From Promethearchaeota archaeon (GTDB taxonomy: Archaea > Asgardarchaeota > Lokiarchaeia > Sigyniarchaeales > SOKP01), in contig JAUVXW010000015.1 in NCBI GenBank assembly GCA_030603385.1, forward strand, positions 16,704 to 80,703: DNA of 64,000 nucleotides. The letters are read 5' to 3'. Of this stretch, positions 1 through 9,170 are shown piece by piece. Below the pieces are notes generated by a model. The model saw only the letters and a list, made by a program, of their open reading frames with translations. It did no database searches and was not told the DNA's origin. Each line of letters starts with the position of its first letter. The stretch's first letter is position 1. Made by a program: the position numbers and the translations under genes.

Positions 1-2982
1 AATTGAAAACTTAAATGTTGCAGGATTAATATTGTCATAAAGTTTATATTCTATAGTAAAATCTTCAGATACTTTACCGTAAGGGATTACTGACACATTA
101 GTACTCTCCTGCCAGTACACTGATTGCGGGGAATCATCATTTTGCGATTGGTTTAGTATTAACTCGTTTTCTAAAAGTAATAGTGACATGATTATATCTG
201 GAGGCAAAACATATCCAGATTTTTGAGCTGTTATTTTAAGTATATAAGAAGTTTCAATTTCTAATCCATCTGTCTCAATTTCCACTTGATGTCTTCCAAT
301 ATAATCATCTTCTGTAGGCATAATATTGGATTGAACGAGTGTTGTTCCTTCAAATATTTGACATGACATTGAGTCTGCATAATCTGGTCCTATTAAATCT
401 TCAAGCCCAGAAGGTACTTCAGTAATATTCAATAGAGCTCTTAATTTTATTTTCGAACCCCAATTAACAATAATATTACTTGTTGGATTTAATGATACTA
501 TTTTTGTTTCTAATTTTTCTAGCTCTGCTGGAGCAAAATGAATCTTTATAGTATAAGCAGCTTTAGCTTCTACTGTAAAATTTGTCTCCCCTACCCTTCC
601 AGTCATAAGTTCAGATATTTCAAAGTCCCAGTTTTGTCCGTAAAAACTGATACTTAAAGAATAATTTGAATTTATAACAGAAGAATTTACCCATCTAAGC
701 GTTACATTTCCATTTAAATCCGTGGTTAAATTTACTATATTTTCACCTGAGTTAAGATTATCTAATGTTAATTTTGCTCCATCAATAGGTGTAAAAGGAG
801 ATTCATAAGTTAAAACTGTAAAGTTGACTGTTGTTAGGAGCACAGTCACATCGAGATCGCTATTTGGTGTAAGTATGTCTCCTGATGCTACTGCAATTTC
901 TTTCGGATTGTAATTAGAATCATGATACCACACCGTATAATTATATTCATAAGGAATCATATTTAACCATCGAAATGTTGCATGTCCTGTATTATCAATC
1001 GTACAATTTTGAATTGGATCTGAACTATTACCGGCTATTACCCATCCAGAATCAAGGGGAATTCCATCAATATCTACCACATTAAAGATATTTCTACTTA
1101 TGTTGCAAATTAAATTAATAGTTTGAAATGTTCCTTCTATTAGAATTGCTTCAGATGTTCTATTAATAATTATAGTATGATAAGGGAGAATATTTGATGT
1201 CATGGCTACAGTGAAATTAAACTTATCGCCAAGAGATATTAAATCTTCAAATAGAACACTCCCATTAACCTCTGCGATATCGTTCCTAATTAAATTATCA
1301 TTTTCATACATAGAAATATTTACATTGGGTATTGGATTCCCATATAAATCGATAGCGTTAACTTGAAGATCGGTAGACGGAGTATCTTCCGCACCAACAG
1401 AGTAAAAACTATTGGGATCTTCTTGGTTATTGTATTCAGTGGTAATCCAATCTGCTGAACGAACCATGTTGGAGAGTCGAAATTCGTCGATAGCACCATC
1501 AAAATATAATGATGAATTCCAAGCAATATCCAACGCTGAAGCACTGACGCCTGTTGGATCAGTTATTACTACATGATACCATGTTCCTGCAGTTACTGAA
1601 GATCCAGTTGCTCCATTAACATAAATTATTGTTGGGCCTGGAAAACTAAGGGTTTTTATTTCACTACTATCAGAATCAATTGATATTTGAGCGGTGCCAT
1701 CTAAATCAATTACGGGTGTATCTGTTGGAATACTATAATAAACAATAATCCGAATATGGTCAACTCTTAAGGCAGCGGAGAAAGAACCTGTTTTTTCTAG
1801 CCAAATTCTGAAATTGGAGTTATCAAAATCAGAAGGTGACCACGACCTACCCCATGTATCCCACGAAGCACCAGCTGTTCTATAATAATCAGTAGTACTA
1901 GTCCAGCTTTGCGGGGATTTATAGGAAGTATAAGTAATTCCCCCATCCCAAGAAAGTCTAACCCTACATCCCACTGAATAGAACTGGACCGAAGTACTTC
2001 CTTCAATGGAAACTCGAATACCATCAATAATAGCCCCAGCCGGTATACTAAAGCCAAAATTGTACCAATCTTGATCCTCATAATTAGTCAGTTCTGATGC
2101 TTTATTAAAATCATTGCTGGTGTAAGCACCAGTTGGGTCAGTCCAATCATAATAGTCATCTCCAGTAGCACTTGGGCTCTGATAACCTGTATCATAAGAA
2201 TCATACCCTGCGAGAGTAGTAGGATTCATCCAAAATTCTATAGTGTTTATTAATTCTGGGCCAACATTACCGATACTGACATAATCAGGATCGGCGTTTC
2301 CATCAAAATCTAAGCAACCGTCAATCTGTCCTGGTTCCTGATCAATGGAGCCCATTACAACAGCAGTTCCGTGATTACCGTTAATAGTTGAATCTTTAAT
2401 GTCACCTGGATTTCCAGGACCAGGATCTTCCTTTAAATGCCATACTCCTTTATAATTGGAATCCCAAACACCCGTTGGGTTTTCGTGGGATCCAATAAAA
2501 TCGGGATCTCCATAAAACAGGAATATAGTAGTATCGCTAGAAGTAGACAGCAAAGGAATACGAACCCAGGCTATCAATTCAGCTTCATTAGCACTATAAA
2601 ATGGGTCATATAGTTCTATTTCGTGATCTAACCAAGCAGTACTGTTAGCAAAAGCAATATCATCGCCATCAAACTGAGCCTTATCATCTAAGTCTGAGTC
2701 AATAATCGAGATTAACACAGGAAAATTAGCATGAGTTCCATTGACTTTATTATGATCAATTGTTATAACCTTATAATAACTAAAATCATCAGCATTCGGA
2801 AGACTGCTTGAAACAGAAAGAAATGATTCGTCCATGATGTCTTGTTCAATATCATCCTGAGTAGTATTATTCATAAATAAAGGTGTGCTAATAATTGTCG
2901 GTATTATTAATGTGATGATAAGAATTACAAGAAATCTTAATTTATTTTTTGATTTTCTCTTAATTTTTTTATTAATATTCAT
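1..2982 (-). CDS. Large secreted/surface protein with DUF2341 and LamG-like (ConA lectin) domains; partial, runs off the left edge
   Basis: Not in the ORF track; read by hand from ATG at 2982 (MNINKKIKRKSKNKLRFLVILIITLIIP, a basic plus hydrophobic signal). DUF2341-type text ITIDHNKV..NFPVLISI..DGDDIAF..LDHEIE..AWVRIP; LamG motifs GVWHL, TWYHVV, FDGAIDEFRLS; RSADWITTEYNNQ. Confidence 0.85.
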   Translation of the reverse strand, partial: MNINKKIKRKSKNKLRFLVILIITLIIPTIISTPLFMNNTTQDDIEQDIMDESFLSVSSSLPNADDFSYYKVITIDHNKVNGTHANFPVLISIIDSDLDDKAQFDGDDIAFANSTAWLDHEIELYDPFYSANEAELIAWVRIPLLSTSSDTTIFLFYGDPDFIGSHENPTGVWDSNYKGVWHLKEDPGPGNPGDIKDSTINGNHGTAVVMGSIDQEPGQIDGCLDFDGNADPDYVSIGNVGPELINTIEFWMNPTTLAGYDSYDTGYQSPSATGDDYYDWTDPTGAYTSNDFNKASELTNYEDQDWYNFGFSIPAGAIIDGIRVSIEGSTSVQFYSVGCRVRLSWDGGITYTSYKSPQSWTSTTDYYRTAGASWDTWGRSWSPSDFDNSNFRIWLEKTGSFSAALRVDHIRIIVYYSIPTDTPVIDLDGTAQISIDSDSSEIKTLSFPGPTIIYVNGATGSSVTAGTWYHVVITDPTGVSASALDIAWNSSLYFDGAIDEFRLSNMVRSADWITTEYNNQEDPNSFYSVGAEDTPSTDLQVNAIDLYGNPIPNVNISMYENDNLIRNDIAEVNGSVLFEDLISLGDKFNFTVAMTSNILPYHTIIINRTSEAILIEGTFQTINLICNISRNIFNVVDIDGIPLDSGWVIAGNSSDPIQNCTIDNTGHATFRWLNMIPYEYNYTVWYHDSNYNPKEIAVASGDILTPNSDLDVTVLLTTVNFTVLTYESPFTPIDGAKLTLDNLNSGENIVNLTTDLNGNVTLRWVNSSVINSNYSLSISFYGQNWDFEISELMTGRVGETNFTVEAKAAYTIKIHFAPAELEKLETKIVSLNPTSNIIVNWGSKIKLRALLNITEVPSGLEDLIGPDYADSMSCQIFEGTTLVQSNIMPTEDDYIGRHQVEIETDGLEIETSYILKITAQKSGYVLPPDIIMSLLLLENELILNQSQNDDSPQSVYWQESTNVSVIPYGKVSEDFTIEYKLYDNINPATFKFSI

Positions 2983-3192
2983 TTTACAGCATCCCTTTTA
3001 ATAAAAAAGTTAAAATGATATTCTTTGTAATAAAGTATAGAGTATGAGGTATATAATGTTATAGGTATCACATATCGGATAATGCAATTATATATTTTAT
3101 TTCTTTTTTTTAAAAATCACAGAATTTATAAATAAAATCTTTACTTATTGAGTTAACAAAGATACTGCTTTTATTTAATTAGGTGACATAAA

Positions 3193-5250
3193 ATTTTAAG
3201 ACAAGTATTAATCTATAAAGACTCCAATCTCATTTACAAAAGGACATACGGTATAACTATAGACTTTGAAGTTTTTAAAAATCTAATAAGTGGTATGTTT
3301 TCAAAAGTGGTTGAACAAATTTATCATATAGATTATGAAAATTATAGAATTTCTTTTGTTATAGAGAAAGATTTTAGAATTCTATTTTTATTTGTTCATG
3401 ACAAAAAAGATGATTTTATCCTTATAAAAAAAGAATTAACTAACTGTAAAGAAAAATTTTTGAAATCGTTTAAAAACATTTTAGACCAAAAAATTGACCC
3501 AAGCAGTTTAAACAAATTTAGCGTAATGGTTGATTCAATTCAAAATAAATTACCAGCGATACTATCTCTTGTAGGTTATGATGGAGTTGGTAAAACTACT
3601 ATTACAAATCTAATTAGATCAAAAGAAATCCCCATAAAACCAGCTCTACAAATCACTGGAAATATTGCAACATTAAAAATTGGAAGCTTAAATTTCATAT
3701 TAAGGGATTTTACTGGGGAACAAGATGTTGGTTTCTTATGGAACAATTTCATAAGAGGGAGTGATCTTATCCTACTTGTTACAAATTCTACTCTGGATAA
3801 TGTAGAAAACAGCAGGTTTTTCGTAAAAAAGATAGAAGAAGAAATACCAAATGCCCTTGTTATTGTATTAGGAAATAAACAAGATCTTGAAGATACTTTA
3901 AAACCACAAGAAATTGAGGATATATTAGAATTAAAAACACATGGATTAATCGCAATAGATACAGTAAATCGAGATAAGCTAATCGAAATTATAATGAATA
4001 CCATGCAAACCCAAGATATCACCACCCCATTGTTAAGTATGTCTAATGAAAGAGAAATTCTAATAAAGGAATTGGACAATGCAATACTTCAGACCGACTT
4101 TGAAAAGGCGGAAATCCTTTATAAAAAAATTATAAGGATTTGTCTAGATCTTGGAGATAATCCTCTAAATATGGAATTTTATAAGAGTTATCAAGGAATT
4201 CAGGATAAGTTAAAAGCTATTGGACCTAAACAAGAATTAGCAGAACCTCTAACAACAACACAAGATCACCAACTAAAGAGCATTAGTTCATTGGAAGGTC
4301 GTTTAAAAACATTATTGATTAATTATATTAAAAGTCTTGAAGGAATTTTAACAGTAATCATTAGTGATAGAGAGGGTTTTGTTATAACTTCGGAAAGTAG
4401 ACAGGATGCCGGGGATGAATCTCTATTGGGAGCAATAGCAGTTATGATGGATAGCTATATAGAACGAATTAAAAGAGAATTTGGGAACGAAACTACTTTT
4501 TTTAATATAACTACAATCAAAGAAAAGAAATTCACCTACGGTTCAATGGGAACGAGATCAATTTTATTAACAGTTTCCGATTTATCAACCAACGACACAG
4601 AATTACGTGTTTATACTGAATACGTAGCGGAAAAGGTAGAATCATTGTTAAAAGGAAATGATAATGTTATACTTGAGATTCCCGAAATTATTAGATTATT
4701 ATCTAAAACTAAAAGTGGTATCTTACCAACGGGGGATTATCCATTTAAACTAATTTTAACTGGTGATTTTGCAGTGGGAAAAACCTCTTTAATTTCAAGA
4801 TTTGTGCAGAATCTCTTTAAAGAAGATTATCATTCCACAGTAGGAGTAGATATTTCTAAGAAAATCGTAAAACTCGACGAAAATACAAAAGTTCAATTCA
4901 TTATATGGGACATCGGTGGTCAAATGCCTAAAATGGCACCCTATAGAAAAAAGTTTTATATGGGGGCAAATTGTGCTTTCATTGTATTAGACAGAACCAG
5001 AGCAGATAGTCTTAAAAATGTCGATAAGTGGTATAATGAAATCAAAAATTATGTCAAAAAAGAAATCAATGTCATTTTAGTTGGAAACAAGTCAGATTTA
5101 TTAGATAAAATATTAGTTAGTGAAGAAGACATAAGAGATGTGGCAAATAAGTATAGATTTAACTATATAATTACTTCTGCTAAAACTGGTGAGAGTGTTA
5201 ATGAGACGTTTTTATATATTGCTTATAAATTTTTAGCATCTTTGTTTTAA
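3193..5250 (+). CDS. Multidomain protein: longin-like, Arf-like GTPase, helical linker, roadblock/LC7, Rab-like GTPase
   Basis: Two P-loops (GYDGVGKT, GDFAVGKT); G3 DFTGE and WDIGGQ; G4 NKQD and NKSD; G5 TSAK; roadblock text VIISDREGFVI. The track starts at 3295, but the frame is open to 3187 with ATT at 3193 after GGTGA. Confidence 0.85.
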   Translation: MLRQVLIYKDSNLIYKRTYGITIDFEVFKNLISGMFSKVVEQIYHIDYENYRISFVIEKDFRILFLFVHDKKDDFILIKKELTNCKEKFLKSFKNILDQKIDPSSLNKFSVMVDSIQNKLPAILSLVGYDGVGKTTITNLIRSKEIPIKPALQITGNIATLKIGSLNFILRDFTGEQDVGFLWNNFIRGSDLILLVTNSTLDNVENSRFFVKKIEEEIPNALVIVLGNKQDLEDTLKPQEIEDILELKTHGLIAIDTVNRDKLIEIIMNTMQTQDITTPLLSMSNEREILIKELDNAILQTDFEKAEILYKKIIRICLDLGDNPLNMEFYKSYQGIQDKLKAIGPKQELAEPLTTTQDHQLKSISSLEGRLKTLLINYIKSLEGILTVIISDREGFVITSESRQDAGDESLLGAIAVMMDSYIERIKREFGNETTFFNITTIKEKKFTYGSMGTRSILLTVSDLSTNDTELRVYTEYVAEKVESLLKGNDNVILEIPEIIRLLSKTKSGILPTGDYPFKLILTGDFAVGKTSLISRFVQNLFKEDYHSTVGVDISKKIVKLDENTKVQFIIWDIGGQMPKMAPYRKKFYMGANCAFIVLDRTRADSLKNVDKWYNEIKNYVKKEINVILVGNKSDLLDKILVSEEDIRDVANKYRFNYIITSAKTGESVNETFLYIAYKFLASLF

Positions 5251-5413
5251 CATAGAGATTTATTCTTAAGAAGTTTAAACAAAACCCAATAACAACTTTT
5301 AATTCATATCTCATAATCTAAATTTTAAAATATGGATGAAAAAATTCATTTTTTGATTTCATTTTTTGATATTAAAAAGGCCATTTTAAAGTCTCGATTC
5401 AGAAATTTAATAG

Positions 5414-6202
5414 TTATTTCTCAGACTTAAGTCTGCTAATTATTCTATCTTTTCTATCCAAATCTTCTTTTAAAAGGATAATTTTATTTTTAAGCTCACG
5501 TATCTCAATGTCAAATTTTATTTTCTCTCTCTTAGGTTCCCTGTATTTAGTCAATTGATCTCTCAAATCATCAACTCGTTTTTTAGATTCATTTAGCTCC
5601 TTTTGTAATTCTTTATTTAACTCTTTTTTTATTTTTTCTTTAAAAAATTTCCCTTCCAATATTGAATTTTGAATTTTTAGTCCTTTATTTAATTCTCCCA
5701 CGATTAGATTTAAATTATTTATATGCTTCTCTTTTTCTCCAATTTCATTTTTTATATTTCCTATTAAAATTTCCTGAATATATAGTTTTTTTCGCAATTC
5801 TTTAATTAAAGTCTCCAGATTTAACAGATCTTGGGTATATTTTTCTTCCTTCCTTATTTTTTCTATAGACATCGCCGATGACTTGCTTGATTTTTTGAAT
5901 TCTTCTAGTTCCCTTTGAGCTATGGTTTTTTCTTGTCTCAAAAATCCCATACGATTTTTTAAATCTCTTATTTCCCTCTCTTTCTCTTTTAATTCAAAGT
6001 TTAATTTAGAATCAATTATATTTTGATAGTTTTCTTGAGAGGGTGTTTTTGAAATGAGTTCATGAAGTTCCATAAGCTCATCCTCATTATCGTGGATTTT
6101 TTCAAGATACATATTTATTTCTTGATTTTTTTTATCTAAATCCAAATTTAACTTACGTATCTGACTTTTCAACAGATACACATCAGTTTCATCCTCATTC
6201 AT
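5414..6202 (-). CDS. Coiled-coil protein, unknown function
   Basis: 262 aa, E/K/L-rich heptad pattern throughout. Confidence 0.7.
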   Translation of the reverse strand: MNEDETDVYLLKSQIRKLNLDLDKKNQEINMYLEKIHDNEDELMELHELISKTPSQENYQNIIDSKLNFELKEKEREIRDLKNRMGFLRQEKTIAQRELEEFKKSSKSSAMSIEKIRKEEKYTQDLLNLETLIKELRKKLYIQEILIGNIKNEIGEKEKHINNLNLIVGELNKGLKIQNSILEGKFFKEKIKKELNKELQKELNESKKRVDDLRDQLTKYREPKREKIKFDIEIRELKNKIILLKEDLDRKDRIISRLKSEK

Positions 6203-6382
6203 AAAAGATTCTACCTTAAAAAATCTGGTCCCATTTTATATAAACAATAAAATTATCAGCTTTTTTATTTATTTAAAAGTTGAGTTATTTACTTAAATAT
6301 TTTAATTAAAAATTACGATTATAAATAATTAAATCCTATTTTAGCTTAGATTCTGAGTTAAGTTATATCACACATTCTTATT

Positions 6383-7462
6383 TTAATAATCTATTTTATT
6401 ATTAAACTGGAATTTTTCATGGTTGAGTATAAAATTATTTCGATTTTCACTATAATTTATTACTGAATATAATAATATATTTATCTCTTGTTTTGTAATA
6501 ACAGGGAATTCATAGTGAATTGATTTATATTTAGTATCTTTAACTTCTTTCCTGTACTTATTAATAAATTTAACATGATGGTTTAATCTACTATGATTAA
6601 TATTAAAATTTAATTGCTTAATCTTTTTTATATTTTCTTTAAATATTTCCAAAAAATCAGGTAATAATTCATAACCAATTGAATTTCTGGTTGATATCAT
6701 CGCAGCTAATGAAGTGGTGCCTGTACCCCAGAACGGATCTAATACTTTATCTCCATATATTGAAAACATGTTAATTAAACGATAAGGTATTTCTAGTGGA
6801 AAAGCTGCTGAGCGTTCTCTAAAACTTTTTTGATTGATATTATTTTTATTTAAATTTTGAGAAATTCCTCTAATGTCTTTCCAAATATCAGAAAACCATT
6901 TATTCCTCTCTTCCCAAAAAAAAGCACTGTTATATCTATTTTCTGATTTCGAAGGAATTTTTCTTTTACTATTTCCTTTTCTAAAAATTAAAATATATTC
7001 ATGTTCAAGAGTGACATATGCATTTGGAGGCAACATCCCAGAACCTAAGAACTTATTAGGAATATTTGTCGGTTTTCTCCATAATATGCATGGTAATTCA
7101 GTAAAATCATTATTTTGGAAGAAACTAGTAATTCTAACATGATTAGGAAATAATTGAAAATTATCTCTGATTTTTCTTGTAGCGTCCCCAATATTTATGC
7201 ACGCTATTCCACCCAACTTTAAAACCCTTTCTACTTCTTTCCACACTTTTTCTAATTCTTCATGCATCAAATTGAATGCTATTTTACCGTTCCCCTCTTC
7301 AAGTGCTTGTTTAACCTCTTCATTTGAATTTGAGAAATGTGAATCCCACATCTCAATCATGGGATAGGGGGGTGAAGTTATCATTAAATCTATAGAATTT
7401 GACTCTAACTCACTCATATCGAAAGAATCTTTAAAAAATATTCTGTGTGTTGTTTTCATCAC
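6383..7462 (-). CDS. Site-specific DNA methyltransferase (beta class, N4-C/N6-A), orphan
   Basis: Catalytic TSPPY precedes the SAM-binding VLDPFWGTGTT motif; no adjacent endonuclease. Confidence 0.9.
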   Translation of the reverse strand: MMKTTHRIFFKDSFDMSELESNSIDLMITSPPYPMIEMWDSHFSNSNEEVKQALEEGNGKIAFNLMHEELEKVWKEVERVLKLGGIACINIGDATRKIRDNFQLFPNHVRITSFFQNNDFTELPCILWRKPTNIPNKFLGSGMLPPNAYVTLEHEYILIFRKGNSKRKIPSKSENRYNSAFFWEERNKWFSDIWKDIRGISQNLNKNNINQKSFRERSAAFPLEIPYRLINMFSIYGDKVLDPFWGTGTTSLAAMISTRNSIGYELLPDFLEIFKENIKKIKQLNFNINHSRLNHHVKFINKYRKEVKDTKYKSIHYEFPVITKQEINILLYSVINYSENRNNFILNHEKFQFNNKIDY

Positions 7463-7539
7463 TAAATATAAAATTCAAATTCTTTACATCAATATACTAA
7501 TCAAAATTTATATAAGTATTTATCAAATAATAGATAATT

Positions 7540-9063
7540 ATGACTCGAAGCGCTAAAGTTAACCAAGTTATTTTGATTATCCTCGATGATGTTCGGGCTG
7601 AACATTTATTCAAATGGATGAAGGAAGGAAGGCTCCCAAACATTTCTCAGCTTGCCAATAATGGTATTTCATGCCAAAATACCGTTACATCATTTCCTAG
7701 CGTCACTTTACCTTGTTACGCTGATATTATAACTGGTTCTAACTCTGAATTCTTTCCCAAAGAAGGCAGTGGTGTACCAAACTATCATTGGCTTGATCGT
7801 ACAGATCCTCCTTCTGAAAAAAGAAAACCACCTTTTATACGTAATTACAGTGAGCGACGAGATATATTTAAGATAAATAAGGATATTGGCAAACACGCTA
7901 AAACGATATTTGAACAAGCTGGTGAGGGTAATTTTTTAAGTGCGACGAGTTTTCTTTATAGAGGGTCAATTTTTACTACTTCAAAAGAATTTAAACCAGA
8001 ATTAATACTAAAAAGAATAGAGGATATCTACAAAAATCCTAAAGAAATTTTTCCTAATAAGGAGGTTCCAAAAGTTAGTGTGGGCTATATCCCCCATACC
8101 GATCATTTTATGCATGAAAGAGGATTTGACCATCCTGATTATATTAATCTAGTTTTAGATTGTGATAGGTTCATAGGATCATTAATCAAAACACTTAAAG
8201 ATACAGGATTTTATGACGGTACTGCAATAGCTATTACTGCAGATCATGGCAACTACAAAGCCCCAAATCTTTTTGATCTGGAACCCTTCTTTCATCAAAA
8301 AGGTTTAAAACCCTATAATCCTACAAAAGGTTCAGGTGATTTTGATGCGAATCTTGGTGGTGTGGGATTTTTCAACTTTAAGGGAGATACATGGTATCAC
8401 CATCCCGCACTCAATCAAATGAAGAACTATAAAACAAGTGGAGAAGGAAAATCTAAATTAGATTTATTTGAAATCCTGTGGGATATACCAGGAATAAAAT
8501 TGATGTATTATAAAGATGATGCTAATTCTGCTGAAAAAGGGATAATTTATTTGGAACGACGAGATGAAAAAAATAACAAAGTTCTAAAAGGTAGAATTGA
8601 GTATTATGGAACAGGAAAAAATCAAAAGACCAAATATGTGTTTGATGATGAAGATTTGTTTGGATATGTAAATAGTGAAAAATCTTGTGCTCTTCTTGAT
8701 AATAAGTCTCATTCTATTGATGAGTGGGTAGCGACAACTTTCCAAACGGATTTCATAAATATAATTGATCAACTACCCCGTCATTTTAAAAATCCCCGTT
8801 CATGTGATATAATGGTCTCTACAGAAGGGGAATATAACTTCAATTTTGAGCATGGAAATACAAAAGGTATTACTCCTTATTCGCATGATATTGCTAGCAG
8901 AAATTCAATGCTTGTGCCATTAATTATAGGAGGGTCTTTAGAAATTCCGAATTTGGAATTGGAATATTGTAAAACTACGGATATTGTACCCACATTATTA
9001 GATTTGTTAGGAATGAAACCTTCTTCTAGTGTGATTGGAAAATCTATATTAACCTATAAATAA
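7540..9063 (+). CDS. Alkaline phosphatase superfamily / nucleotide pyrophosphatase-phosphodiesterase
   Basis: LIILDD, FPSVT nucleophile region, DHFMH, TADHG, SHD, DIVPTLLDLLG. Confidence 0.85.
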   Translation: MTRSAKVNQVILIILDDVRAEHLFKWMKEGRLPNISQLANNGISCQNTVTSFPSVTLPCYADIITGSNSEFFPKEGSGVPNYHWLDRTDPPSEKRKPPFIRNYSERRDIFKINKDIGKHAKTIFEQAGEGNFLSATSFLYRGSIFTTSKEFKPELILKRIEDIYKNPKEIFPNKEVPKVSVGYIPHTDHFMHERGFDHPDYINLVLDCDRFIGSLIKTLKDTGFYDGTAIAITADHGNYKAPNLFDLEPFFHQKGLKPYNPTKGSGDFDANLGGVGFFNFKGDTWYHHPALNQMKNYKTSGEGKSKLDLFEILWDIPGIKLMYYKDDANSAEKGIIYLERRDEKNNKVLKGRIEYYGTGKNQKTKYVFDDEDLFGYVNSEKSCALLDNKSHSIDEWVATTFQTDFINIIDQLPRHFKNPRSCDIMVSTEGEYNFNFEHGNTKGITPYSHDIASRNSMLVPLIIGGSLEIPNLELEYCKTTDIVPTLLDLLGMKPSSSVIGKSILTYK

Positions 9064-9170
9064 GGGTTAACCATTTTTAGAATTCTCATTTGTTTGGAAT
9101 ACCCAATTAGTTTTTATTAAAGAATTCTTTTACAAAATCAATTAGGAATTTCAATTAAGAGATAATCATT

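Noticed and set aside
1320-2081. Track ORFs 1320-1544 and 1797-2081
   Set aside because: Alternate-frame shadows inside the large DUF2341/LamG gene
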